A stretch of 64,000 nt of DNA from Octopus vulgaris (taxonomy: Eukaryota), in assembly GCA_951406725.2 (NCBI GenBank), contig OX597818.1, forward strand, positions 145,638,001 through 145,702,000. Direction: 5' to 3'. Position 1 is the stretch's first letter. Each line of letters starts with the position of its first letter. Below the pieces are notes generated by a model. That model saw only the letters and a program-made list of their open reading frames with translations, searched no databases and was not told the origin of the DNA. Shown here one piece after another: positions 39,429 to 53,325 of this stretch. The translations under genes and the position numbers were made by a program.

Positions 39429-40875
39429 GTCTATAATATATATAATATATATATTATATATATATTATATATATATAATATATATAATATATATATTATA
39501 TACATTATATGATATTATATATGAGAGTTGCTGTATCAAACTCCATTCTTCACCAAGTGCCACATATTAGACAAGGTTCCTCGTAGCACAAAACGGCGGT
39601 GCATCAGCATGGCCGCAGCTCTGAGCTGAAACTAGAAAAAAAAATATGGGTACCCAAAAATAACCTGAAATATTCTCTGTTGTTCGACCTTTCACTGCTC
39701 AAAGCCACATGATTCAACCCTCAGGCATCAGTCTGCCGACTGGCGTCGTCTACTGCAATTATACTGCTCCGTGGTGCCCCTAAGAAGCTTTGTATCTCAT
39801 AGACAAAATGTTTTTGAATGCCTTGAGAATCTTTGTATCACATAGACAAAAGACATAATCATAAGAGGGAAGAGTGAGAATTTCCAGGAGGCAAACGTTC
39901 TTGAACTAGCCATAATGATAAGTAAGTCTGGGCTCGTTGTGGTAAAGGGTGTGAACTAAGGATGTGAATGGTTGGATGGAGGCCGTACGAATCCCGCTGT
40001 CTTCGAGAAGCAAAGGCCATTACTGTACGAGTAGATAAAGCAGGGATGGGCAGTGCACACGCAAGCCAGTAGCTGGAGTGTGTCTGTGACTGACATTATA
40101 CCTATCAGACAGGCCTTTTTTGGTTGCAGTCAAGAACATTTGAGTGTGCTGTGTTGTAATGAAGCAGTAAATCAAATATATCTACTTAGATTATAATACT
40201 ATTTTCGTTTGTTTATATAGCGGTTTTTCCTCCTTTTTTTTGCGATTATTCGATTGGAATCCCGCTCCCACCAGCCACACATACATACGCAAACACTCAC
40301 ATATCCAGTGTTATATTCTACCGGAGATTACAAAGAAGACTTAACGTCTAAGAGGTGTCCAAACGTTTCAGCATTACAATTATCACTACCAACCATCCAC
40401 GTCTATAAATGCCAGTCTTGAAAAATTAACACTTCAATGTATTCAAAGTTTTAGATTACGGCAACATTTGAGGCTTCAGCAATTTAAAGATAACAAACAG
40501 CAGAATGATGTTATTTTCTAAGATTTCGGGCGAGAAAATCGCTTATTTGATTAACATATTTTGCTCATCGCTCTTTTCATTTACGTTTGTTTGTCTTCTT
40601 GCTTATTTTCTCGCGCAGCTTTTTTATTTTTTCTAAATTATCTTTGTGCGTTTTATTTGTGTTATTTAATCTTTTTGGTGCTGATGCAGCTCTTCTATTG
40701 CACTCACTTCTGCTGTCGTTGCCCTCATTGCAGGTGCTGCTGTTGCTCTTGTTATTTATATATGTATATATACATATATACACATATACATATACATACA
40801 TATATACATACGTATACATATACATGCACGTGTACATAAAGATATATATATATATATATATACACACATACAGAA

Positions 40876-41109
40876 ATGAATTCATATATACATATACACA
40901 TATAACTACCTGTCTATGTATTAATGTATATGTCTCTCTCACTCTCTCTCTCTATATATATATACGTATATGTGTGTGTTTGTATACACACACACATATA
41001 TATATGGAGAGAGAGCGAGAGAAAGAGTGAAAGAGACATATACACTAATGTATAGACAGGTAGTTATATGTGTATATGTATATACATATATATGTATATA
41101 TGAATTCAT
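40876..41109. repeat. Imperfect palindrome of about 230 bp
   Basis: Unique arms ATAACTACCTGTCTA / TAGACAGGTAGTTAT, bounded by ATGAATTCAT at both ends. Confidence 0.85.
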
Positions 41110-41211
41110 GTAAATGTATATATGTATATGTGTATATATGTATATATACATACATATATATATATTTATACACACACACATACACATATACGTATATATG
41201 TGCGTGTATAC

Positions 41212-41244
<33 letters not shown>

Positions 41245-41260
41245 AGTGTATATATGTATG

Positions 41261-41360
41261 TCATAATTCAGTTTTATTTCAAGACCTCTTGGAGAAAGAG
41301 CCGGTTTCTAACCTAGATTCAAGGCTCCTTCACTGGAATTTCAACATCAATAACAGGGTA
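41261..41360 (-). mobile_element. 3' terminus of the (ATAC)n-associated RLE family
   Basis: TCATAATTCAGTTTTATTTCAAG...GGTTTCTAACC...TGGAATTTCAACATCAATAACAGGGT matches 1372-1461 and has TATG flanks. Confidence 0.75.
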
Positions 41361-41714
41361 TTTTTGTTTGTATGCATGCATGTATGTATTCTCATGTATG
41401 TGTGTGTGTTTGCGTGTGTGTATGTGTGCGCGCGCATGTGTATGTGTGTGTGTGTGTTTATGCATTATCTTTGGCAATTCTTTTCTCTCGCCTGCAGTCT
41501 GCCCCTATCTCATGTTTGATTTGCCGGATGGAAGCTCAAGTGGAAATTTGTCGCGGATGGCTTAATTAAAAATACGTCAACAAATGTGATTTCAACTTCT
41601 TGACGCCATAACAAAACAAAGATTGACTTCACCATAGAATTTATATATATGTATATATATATTTTTTTATTTGTAAATTATTCTTTGTTTATAAATAAGC
41701 GGTATTTAGCAGCA

Positions 41715-41715
<1 letters not shown>

Positions 41716-41745
<30 letters not shown>

Positions 41746-41855
41746 CTTCTTCTTCTTCTTCTTCTTCTTCTTCTTCTTCTTCTTCTTCTTCTTCTTCTTC
41801 TTCTTCTTCTTCTTCTTCTTCTTCTTCTTCTTCTTCTTTTCCTCCTTCATCTTTT

Positions 41856-41910
<55 letters not shown>

Positions 41911-41930
41911 CCCCACCACTACTACTACTC
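41716..41930. repeat. (TTC)n + (CTA)n array
   Basis: Visible directly. Confidence 0.9.
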
Positions 41931-42426
41931 TACTTCCTTCCTTTTGTGCGACATATTACTCATCAGCATCTCAAAACATTTTGTTTGCATTTCCTTTGTT
42001 TTCCGATAACTTCTTTTCATCTTATTCTTCATTGTCACCGACATTATTGCTATTACCAGCCAGCGTCGTTATCATCATCATCATTATCATAATCATCGTT
42101 GTTGTTGTCGTCACCGTCGTCATCGTCGTATCATCGTATCATCATCCTTATTATCATGATGATATCATCATCATCATCATCAATTGTATGACCTACCTCC
42201 TTTTTCTTCAGCGTCATACATTTTGCATATCTGTTTTTTTTTACACATCTTAATGTTTTACCATTTTCTAAAATGTCTTCATTTACCCATCATCATTTTT
42301 GTCCTGTCAACATCATCGTTAGTATAAGCATCATCATAACCCCCATCAGCACCATCACCACAATCACCCTCATTATCCCCATCGTCATCCCCATCGTCAT
42401 CATCATTATCATCATGCAGTTACTAC

Positions 42427-42543
42427 TAGTATGGTAAAGTTTGAGCTGAAGGAATTACGGCAGAATGAGGGTCCTTGTTCTGGACCTCCCATCCAGCTAA
42501 AAATATCTGCCGTAATTCCTTCCGCTCAAACTTTACCATACTA
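42427..42543. mobile_element. 117-bp MITE with 38-bp TIRs
   Basis: TAGTATGGTAAAGTTTGAGCTGAAGGAATTACGGCAGA and its reverse complement at 42506-42543, 1 mismatch. Confidence 0.8.
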
Positions 42544-42819
42544 TTATTCAAAGGAATACGTTCGATAACATATTCAGAGATACACAATTATGGGGTGGGG
42601 GACAATGTAAAAAGACGGGATAGAGATGGTTTGAATTCTTTGATAATAGGTCTGCGCAATCGGTTGAGACTTAAGCGTAAAAAACAAAATAAAAAGGAAA
42701 AAGGATTTTAATTATCAATATAGTAACTGCACCGCTATCATTGATTTGGTTTTATTATTATCAACACTTCCAGCATCATTATCATCGTCCTCGTCATATC
42801 AGTGTTGTTATTCTTACTT

Positions 42820-43020
42820 TGTTAGCACGCTGGATGAAATGCTTAGCGGTATTTAGCCAGTCGCTACGTTCTGAGTTCAAATTTCGCCGAGGTCGACTTT
42901 GTTTTTTATCTTGTCAGGGTCGATGAAATAAGTACCAATCAAATGCCAGAGTCGATGTAATCGATTAGTCCCGTCCTTGCAAATGTCAGGCCTTATGTCC
43001 ATAATAGAAAGGATTATGAT
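42820..43020 (+). mobile_element. SINE, main family
   Basis: GTTAGCACGCTGG..., GAGTTCAAATT, GAGGTCGACTTTG core, GGCCTTATGTCCATAATAGAAAGG tail. Confidence 0.8.
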
Positions 43021-43789
43021 TCTTACTCGGGACAGTGGAATGGCAGAATCATTAAAACGTTGATCAAAACGTCTTGCTGTATTTGAATTCAAATCCAGTC
43101 AAGAAAAGTTTTACTGTTCGTCATTCTGAGGTCAATAATATAAAGTACCAATCAAGTGTTGGCAGTTGATTTAATCAATTATACTAGACGAAACCTAAAA
43201 AAACTGAGACCTTGTACCATGATAAAAATCGTTTATGCTATTGTTGTCACGTCATATATTCGAGCGTTACGCTTTTAACAACTTTAATTATGCAACGAAA
43301 TCTAAATCTTTAACGAATTGGAACAAGTAACACGCTTCAAACAAACCCAACTATTGAAAGAAATCGATGATATAACCAAAATATTTTGCATAATGAAACA
43401 AATTCAAGTATTAAGCATTGACTACCTTAATTGAAGACAGAATTGATAGCACTAAGCAAAACAATGTTATCATGATTTCCAAACTTATGTATCAAAAAGA
43501 GACAATAACATTGATAAAACGTGGAATTTCTATTGGTTTCACTTGATTATTTTAAAAATGTCCCTTTCTGTCTTGTACGCTTTTACACTATCCGCTACTT
43601 CTTCTGAGACTCTTGATGTTGTTACTGTTGGCGACAGGAACAAGCATAAGGAATAAGATGTTTCTTTACTATTGTTTTACTTATCAGATATTGGATAATG
43701 TTAAAAAAGCTATACTCTTTGAAACCTTGGTTTTGGGTTTGTTTTTGTCCCACAATCTGTTTTCCTAAGTTGTTGTCGGTGTTGCCGTT

Positions 43790-43801
43790 TGTAGTAGTTG
43801 T

Positions 43802-43835
<34 letters not shown>

Positions 43836-43847
43836 CTAGTAGTAGTG

Positions 43848-43920
<73 letters not shown>
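43790..43920. repeat. (GCA)n/(GTA)n array
   Basis: Visible directly. Confidence 0.9.
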
Positions 43921-43921
<1 letters not shown>

Positions 43922-46734
43922 TTGATGGATGAACTTGTAGAATCGGATACTCGTGTTAGCATTTAATGTCGAACAACAATTTAGATACGTCCTTTGTTCC
44001 AAGTTTAAATGTCATCAAGTTTCTTTAAAAATAAGTAGTCTGGTATTGATAAAATAAGTGTCAGTCATCGACTGATTGGTCGATTCTCTCATACGTCTCC
44101 AAAACAAGTCGGTGCATTTATTATCAATATGTATTGGCAAAATCATTAAAGTATCGGCATTTAGTCGCAGTACTTTATATTCTCAGTTCCAGCCATGGTA
44201 GTCCTCCCAAGCAAATATTAGGGTGAATATAATCGATTGGTCCTCCCCACAAAGTTTCTGACTTTGCGCTGTGATTATTATTGCAGGTTTTAATTCATGT
44301 TTTGTAAACGCTATCAAGTTCATTTCCCTTTTTCTGCGGTGTGTACGACATTGGTTTGTTATCAGTAAATGGATTGCCATTGGTCTACTGGACTCTGTTT
44401 ATATTATTTGAGCTATATACAAAGTTGATTTTGAATGTTGCGTAGTTTCACGTAAAATATATCCTGTGTACAAATTGGTGAAACGATCCCATACGGAATG
44501 TGGGAGTTTGCTTTTTAAGATATCTTTGTGGCTTTTTCAAATTAGGAAAAGCAGTGCCTGCGACCTTTACAGGTTCTTCAGAACTGGTTGGATGAAATCG
44601 ATGGAGATACCACAGTTGGAGAGCTGCTGAAATAAGAGACAAATTATGAAGATACAAATTTATTTTCAGGTTGGAAATATCATTGTACCGAGTACTGCTG
44701 ATTTCGGTATGTTTCCAATATTGTGATCCCCTGATCTTGTTACTACTGATAAATTTGTTCACATCACTCGTTATACCGATATTGCTAATATTGGTTTCAA
44801 ATTTTGTCATAAAGCCAGATCGATATTGATAATATTGAAAAACAGAGTGCCTAACTAAACGTTTTGCAGACTTTAGTTACAACTTTTCCCATTGTGAATT
44901 CAAATTACTCCAGGTCCGAGTTTGGTTTACGCCTTGTCGGTATAAATAAAAACGATACTAGGCATATAAAGTTTATATACCTACTTTCATTAATGTCTGG
45001 CCTTGATCCAAACTTAGAAACCCTCGTTAATGTGATCAACATTAATTACTACGCTTCCATTCACCATAATTTTATTGTAATTTAAAATCCTTTCTATTTC
45101 TCTACTTCCGCATTAGATAATGATTACTATTGCGGTTGCGGGAGGACAGTGAGAAAATACGCCACATCGTTGCTGCTTTAGGAAGCAGCAGATTAAGATA
45201 TCGGGTTAATCTCAGGTCGCAGCACTCATCCTGTGCTTGCGATAGCACATACGCCACTAAACACACCCAACAAATAAGTAATAGTGTTTATTGAAGTAGG
45301 CAATGATTAGAGAGCAACCAAGCAAGGCAGAAATATCTGCAGCAGTAAATATGCTTTCTGTTCTGTCTGACTTACTTCGATTTCTGTATCAGGTTATAAC
45401 CCAGAACATTATAGGTATATAGTTTGGCGTTTATGACATACATTTTATGAACTGCAAGTACTAGTATATTGCCCAAAATATATTTCTGCGGCGTGTATGT
45501 GCGAGCACGTACGTGTGTGTGTGTGTAACAATTTAACAATATTCAATTCTTTTCTAGAACTAGCAAACAATCAAGTATAAGATGTTCTACTCTCTATTCA
45601 TATTGACTCCCTACTCTAGAATTAGTTTCCGGTTTTGTGATTTTGATTTGAAGTTCATAGTCGCCGGACATTGAATCTGTGCAGGAAAAATCAGGCTTTC
45701 TATTTCTGCTTTTAGTCCAAAGCTTTTTAGATGTTGTTGTCCTTTTGTTCTGCTTCTTTTTAACTTTTTTGTGTTAGGTTACTTTTTATCTGTCTATTCT
45801 TGTCGGACACTGAGCATGGAAAGAGCTTTCATTCTAATTTTCATTTTTTCTTCTTTTAGGATCCCTATTTGATTTCATTTGCTTCTTTTAATTTTTCTTC
45901 TTTCTTTTTTTTGTTATTGAATTTTCTCAATGTACTCAATTGTTTTATGTTTGTTTCCTACTTCTATTTTGTTTCGAATTGTTTAAAGAGATGTCTGTTT
46001 TCTTAATTTTTTTTTTATATTTCCCTCTTGTTCTAATAACGCAATCTTTGTTCTTTTCTGAGTATGTCTATGGGTTCAAAGTAGTTATTTTAGAATAATT
46101 CTCTATTTGTACAATATCCCTTCTTACCTCTTTGGTTGCTAAGTATATTCCATCAGTAAATAGAGTAAATAAGACACTTGGGAATACAGACAGTGGCTTT
46201 CTAACTTTTCATATTTGAATTGCTCAAATCACGTAGCTTCTAGTATATCATGTTGTAATTTAATAACTAAGGTACGAACTCATATATATATCATTATTAT
46301 TGTTGTTGTTGTTGTTTTCTTTCTTATATTCGTCTCGGTAATTACTGCTTGTTTAACAGTCCTGTGCTTCTATTTACTAATTTTCGCTTTTATTTCCATC
46401 TGTTTCATCTAATTCTTGGAATTTTGGTTTCTATATTCAAGCTTTTATGTTGTTCATTCATCAATTTTTGTTGTTTTTGTGGGTAATTTTGGCAAATGTT
46501 CAAGTCCCTTATACATACATACATACATACATACATACATACATACACACATACATACATACATACATACATACATACATACATACATACATACATACAT
46601 ACATACATACACACACATATATGTTTATATATATCAATATACATATATATATATATATGCACATATATGTACATATATTCTTACATTTATATATACATAT
46701 GTAATCGTATATATGTACACATATGGATATATAT

Positions 46735-46794
<60 letters not shown>

Positions 46795-46944
46795 ATATAT
46801 ACACACGTGTGCGCGTGTGTGTGTGTGTGTGCGCGCGTGTCTGGTTGTTTGCTTGCTTGTCTTCCAGCCGTTTGTTATCAATATAAATCAATAATATTGA
46901 TGAGTGGAATCAATATTATTAATGATAGTAATCAATATTATAGA

Positions 46945-47130
46945 AGTCAATGGAGTGAGAGAACGGGAAAAACATCGGACCAATCAGTATTCATTTACTA
47001 AGTTCTGATTTCAAATCCCATCGAGGCAGACTTTGCCTTTCATCCTTCCGGAGTCGATAAAATACAAAACAGACAAGATGAGTTAATAGACTACTCTTTG
47101 TCCACAAATATATGGCTTTATTCCAATGAT
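46945..47130 (+). mobile_element. SINE, main family, diverged
   Basis: GAGGCAGACTTTGCCTTTCATCCTTCCGGAGTCGATAAAAT core. Confidence 0.65.
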
Positions 47131-47180
47131 ATAAATCATCAGCATCATTACCATATATTATTATTATTATTATCATCATT

Positions 47181-49019
47181 GTTTTTGTTGTTGTTCATGG
47201 TGTGCACGAATGTTTTACATTCGGAATGAATGTCCTTGATACCGGTCACAACCAGTTTCCTTAGATATCAAAGACCTTTCTTACAATCCTTGCTGTTCGC
47301 AATAGAGCAGGTTTCTGAATTGATGCAGCTCTTGTAGTTACACCGGTCTCAATGAAGGAACAGTTAAGTCTGTTGGGGACGGTACCTAGGACACCTATAA
47401 CGACTGGGATTACTTTTGTAGAAACCCTCCACAATCGTCATATATATCCAGTCAAATCCTGGTATTTTCCTGTTTTCTCTTGTTCTTTGGCTCCTACATT
47501 CATGTCTGCAGACATAGCCAAATATATGATGATGCACTGTACATTAAAATGTCATAAAACCTTATACTGGTCATTCTCTATTACACTTTCTGTTTTATGT
47601 TGGTACCATTTTCTTCCTACTTTAAATCCTTTTTGCCGTAATAATGTCCAGTGTAGTGCTTTTGACCGCACATTCTTATCTGCGCCTATTTTCCTTTCGC
47701 GTCAAACGACTACAGAAACTACTTAACGGGTTTCTCCTCCTCATTACTTCCTCTGAACTTTGAACTCTTTGCAGATTTGTTTATTTTTGCTTTAATAATA
47801 CTCGTCCGCAATGATTGGCTTTGAGTAGCCATTATGAGTCCTTCTGTTTGTTGTTTAAGGTCTCCATACTTCAGCCATAACCAAAATTCCTCTGCTGCGA
47901 CATCCTGCGTTTGCCTGAGATGTTGACCATGTAATACTTTTCCCCAGATGTTTCTTTCTCACTCCTGTTGTCTTCTTTTCTTGTGTTTCCTTGTCGTCTC
48001 CACAGCTTCTTTCTCTTCTCCTCTAGCAGCTGAAATCAGTCTTTCTGGGTTTCTTCTTGCATACTTTGCCATCACTATTCTTCTATTGCTATCATTCCTC
48101 TCGTTCCCACTCCTTCTGTGGTAGGTGTAACTGTCTCTGGGATGTGGTGACCAGCACATGGACATTGGTCTTTCTGGTTTTACAATCTACGCCTCTTAGC
48201 TCTGCCTTTTTCTAGTTCAGAAAAGCAACAGAATATCGTATCAGAGAGACCGCCCAAGTGTTTACTGCTTTTTCCTTCATTCAGTTTTGAGCTTAACACA
48301 TTGTCTAACCTCCCGAGATATTAGTTTATCATTTTGTCTTTCATTTCTTAACATACGATTCTATCTGCCTCCAATATACCCAGGTACTTGTAACTGTCAC
48401 CCTCACTCATTGCACAGATTGATGTCACATTTGGGAATTTAATCACTTCTGATTTGGATGTTTTTCCTCTCTTTACCACTAGAAGTGCACTCTTATCTAT
48501 TCAAAACTTCATGTCAGTACCATCATTCACAACACTAGCAATCTGAACCCGTGAATCTAATGCTTTCCTAATTCCACCACACAATTTCATGTTGTCGATA
48601 GACAGAGAATGGTTTATGTTCATTCTAAGTTGGTAGCATGATTTAGCCTCTTTCAAGATTAATGTAAGAGAGATAAGAACAACTACGAATAACAGTGGTG
48701 AGAGTGTATCACACTGGAATATTTCTCTATTTATGCTGACTTCATCTGATTTATCTTGACCTGATGTTAGTACACATCTCCATTTTTGGCATACTATTTT
48801 GTAAGATCTGGACAACGTTCTCAGCTATCTCGAATATATTAAGGAGCTGTAGGATCCGTGAGTGTGGCACACTGTATCATGCATTTTGGTAATCAGTCTA
48901 TGCGCTGATAAGTTTTCCTTCCTGCTTTTGACGTCTCGGAGGACTTGCTGATTTATATATATGTTTTTTGTCCCTTAGGAACTTTTTTACACCCTTTCTA
49001 TATATACATATATACATAC

Positions 49020-49079
<60 letters not shown>

Positions 49080-49102
49080 ATATACCTACATACATACATA
49101 CA

Positions 49103-49185
<83 letters not shown>

Positions 49186-49960
49186 TTTGTAATAACACCT
49201 GTTAGTAAATTTAACATCAGTGGAAGGCAAGTTATTGGTCGGTAGTTACTTGCTATATTTCCTTTATTTTGATCTTTCAATATCAACGCCATCCTGCCTT
49301 AAAAAACCACTCGGGAACATCTTCTGTTTCAATAAAACTATTTAGTTGTGTGCTTATTCTCTCATGACGTTTAATAATTCGTTTTAGGCACAATCCCTGG
49401 ACCAAATCTGCTCCAGAAGATTCCTAGTTTGTCATCTGTTTCAAGACATTTTGCAAAACTATTTTCCCTGTGATCTCTATGTTTCTCTGTTTTGGAAAAT
49501 CTAAGTTATTTTGCTTTTATCTTTTTTAACCATTGTGCATCGCCATTGTGTTTCACTTCGTGGCTCCAAGCGTTTCTCCAGAATCCCTTTGTCTCTTCCT
49601 TATAAGGCAGTACGTTCACTGCTACATCTTCATTTAGTTCCCTTGTAAAATCTTCTTTGATCTGTTCCGAACAACTTATTTTGTCTAAACTGTTCAATTC
49701 TGTCGTAGTATCTTTTGATTTTGGCAGCTTTCACATTTATCCTTCGCTTTAATCCTTCAATTACTCTCCTATGTCCCTTATGTTTTAAGCTGGTACTTTC
49801 TTTAGATTGCTTCAAGGAATCTAGTTTTCATCTTATTCCCATTGCTAAGAAACTCTACCCTCTCAAGATCTCCTCGTAATTGATCTACCTGCAACCAGCT
49901 CTTCATCGGAAAAGTTATGTTCTGGTTCCTCGTGCACAGTTAAGGGTCGCATGATGCGTG
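47181..49960 (-). mobile_element. R4/Dong-like RLE retrotransposon, old divergent subfamily (copy 4)
   Basis: [65 protein letters not shown]. Interrupted by a microsatellite at about 49000-49180. Confidence 0.85.
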
Positions 49961-49962
49961 GT

Positions 49963-50017
<55 letters not shown>

Positions 50018-50037
50018 ACATCATCATCATCATCATC

Positions 50038-50122
<85 letters not shown>
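49963..50122. repeat. (ATC)n(ATT)n array between two head-to-tail RLE elements
   Basis: Visible directly. Confidence 0.9.
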
Positions 50123-50124
<2 letters not shown>

Positions 50125-50520
50125 TATTGTCTTTGCACAACTTCTAATACTGGAGATGTACTACGTTGTCAGCTGTTCACTACCAGTGAACTAAGGTAAC
50201 ATGCCTTATTTTTCGAGCACCATCCGGAGTAATCGAGCGGTTCCAAGCAGTGCCGTTTTCTGCAAGTGCTCCACCCTTATTGCATCCCCTATTTGTTCCA
50301 TGTACTTCTCAAGATTTTTACTCACTGTTCTCAGAGCTCCGATAAATTATTGGTACTACTACCAACTTTTTCATTGACCACAACTGCTTAATCTCCCACG
50401 CTGACCTGTCATGTCTATCGACTTTTCTTTCTTCCTTATCGCATAACTTGTTGTCAGCTGGGCATGCTATATCTATGATCTGGCATCGTTTGCTTTCTTT
50501 CTCAATTAAAACTGTCTGGC
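50123..50520 (-). mobile_element. R4/Dong-like element 3' end (copy 5)
   Basis: IIDIACP...VVVPII.GALRTVSKNLEKYMEQIG...LQKTALLGTARLLRMVLEK*, ending in (TAA)n. Confidence 0.85.
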
Positions 50521-50604
50521 TTTTTATTTAGTCCTCTTCCCCCTCTTTCTTGGTACATACAGTCTGTCTGTGTCACTTTTTGGGTGGAGTATCAAATATC
50601 TAGT

Positions 50605-50882
50605 AATCGATGTAATCGATGTAATTGACTAGCACCCTTCCCCAAGTTTCAGGCCTTGTTGTGCCTACAGTAGAAAGAATTATTAGTTAACAGAATCGTC
50701 AGAGCAATGGACAAAATGCTTAGCGTCATTTGTTCCGGCTGCTTACGATCTGAGTTCAAACTCTCCCGTAATCGACTTTGCATCTCATCCTTTTCGATGG
50801 ACAGAAGAGGTACCAGTCGATACAATCGACTATCATCCAGCCCCAAAATTGTTAGACATATGCTGAAATTTGAAACGATTAT
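50605..50882 (+). mobile_element. Tandem SINE fragments, main family
   Basis: Tail GGCCTT..GTGCCTACAGTAGAAAGAATT, then a second copy from AGAATCGTCAGAGC to AAATTTGAAAC. Confidence 0.65.
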
Positions 50883-51579
50883 TCTTCCTGCTACCCAAGT
50901 TACTCTAAGCGGATTTATTGGGTATTTGATTGGATATTTCATTACCTTATTTTAATTCTATGTTTTTATTATATTCTTTTTCTTGCTGACTTTATTTTGA
51001 TTGATGTAAACCAATTGTGTGTGTGTGTGTGTGTGTGTGCGTGTGTGTGTGTGTGTGTGTGTTTTTGTATTTACTCCGTTCATATTCTTTTCAATATCTT
51101 GGGCCTTTGTGGCTGCAAGGAGGCGAACTGATGGAATCTTTAGCGCGTCGAACAAAATGCTTGGAGGCATTTCGTCCAGCCCATTACATTCTGTCTAAGA
51201 TCGCATACGTATGATTTCAACCCGAAGAGGAATACTTGATTTGGATTCCACGCCGGGCTCATTTGCTCATAAATGAATATTCGTCCCTAGCAATTAGTAT
51301 AATGGAAGGTCTCGATGCGTTTTTACTTCTCATCAGACGCTTACTTCCTCTTCCTAAACTATCAAGAATTCGATGGTGGCGCAAAGAATTACAAGCAGTC
51401 AGTGAATATTATCTTTGTTATTTATTTCTTTTATTAGCAGTTTACATAATAACCTACCAACAAAGGTTGGTCGATAAATTATATACGAATCGGGTGACTG
51501 GGTTAAAACCAAAGAAAATTACTGACAAATCAGGAAAGAAAAATAAGGAAATAAATGTAATGATTGGGCATCTTGTGTG

Positions 51580-51611
<32 letters not shown>

Positions 51612-51877
51612 TGTATGTATGTATGTATGTATGTATGTATGTATGTGTATGCATGCATGCATGTATATATGTTTGTATGTATGTTTGTATGTTTGTATGA
51701 ATGTTTGTATGTATGTATGCATGCATGTATGTATGTATGTATGTGTGTGCGTATTTATGTAAGTGTGTGTGTAAGTACGTACATACATGCATATATTTTT
51801 TTATATTTTACTTATTTCAATATTTAGACTGCAGCCATGGTGGGACACCGCCTTAGATAGATAGATAAGTAGGTAGG

Positions 51878-51954
<77 letters not shown>

Positions 51955-52989
51955 GCATGTATGCATGCATACATACATGCAAGAAGCATAGATGCATACA
52001 AATCCATAACACACATATACGTACATGCATATACATGCTTGTTATATACACACACACTTATGCACGCGCACACACACAAATACACAAACGCACATCGCGC
52101 ACGCGCATGCACACACACACACACACTCACACACATACACACACCTAGCGTTTTCTTATAACCAGGTCCACTTAAAATGTATTGGGCGACACAAATCAAA
52201 AGCTATGGAATATGACAGTTGCTCCAACATCCCGCTGTCAAAAAGAACTCGAGATTAACTCATCTTGGGCAGCGCAGATGCACAGCCACAGAGAGGCGCG
52301 CACACACATACACACACTTATACATATATACAGAATATATCTAGCAGGGTTAATAGTGAGGAGTAGAAATACATATATTTGGAGAAGGAATTCCATCGCT
52401 TGGTTTTGTTAGCTCTGCTATAACCCTGACACCAATGAATCTCCTTCCTCAACACGTGAATTCCTGAATATATAATTGCTTCACTGTCGATACGGACGAT
52501 AAAAATGTCAAATACGTATTTCCTCTATAATGACCAGCAGCCAATAAGAATCTAGTTTATGAACCTGGTGGACTAATAGCGCTGTAATATCGAAGCTGTA
52601 TATAAAAGGGGAGTGATCATTAACTGCTGTAAAACAATCGATTTGTAGAAAATGTTGCATTCTTCACGTTGTTGCACCGAGTCAAAAGAAGAATAGGAAT
52701 GGCAAAAAGTAAAATAAATATTTAAAAACAAGAAAATATGAAGCAATTATTTATATAATGTATTGCATAGATTTCTAGTGAATGTATATATGTAGGTATA
52801 TATATATATAGGTAATTGTGCTACAGTGGTAATGTATATGTGCGTGCTATGTGATCTTGTGAGTATGTATAAACGTAGGTCTAGGTATTTATATATACAT
52901 GTATATGTTTATGTGAGTGTATTTTGGATATGTATGTATATATATATATATATATACATGTATATATTTATGGAAGTGTATTATGTATG

Positions 52990-53040
<51 letters not shown>

Positions 53041-53247
53041 TATATACATATATATATATATGTATTATGTATGTATGTATGTATGTATGTATGTATGTAT
53101 GTATGTATGTATGTATGTATAAAGTTCATATTCTGCAAGTCTTGGAATTTTTTTCAGTGTTATCGTAGATATCATAGCTGTGTATGTTATAAATCTCTTT
53201 GTGTTTACGCTCGTGTATGCGCGTATGCATGTGAGTGTGTGTGTGTG

Positions 53248-53325
<78 letters not shown>

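Noticed and set aside
39772-40273. Possible solo LTR (TGGTG...CACCA)
   Set aside because: No matching TSD, second copy or internal sequence in the window.
51195-51345. Minus-strand CTGATGA...GAAATCATACGTATG
   Set aside because: Stem III and cleavage triplet geometry do not fit, and stem I is weak.
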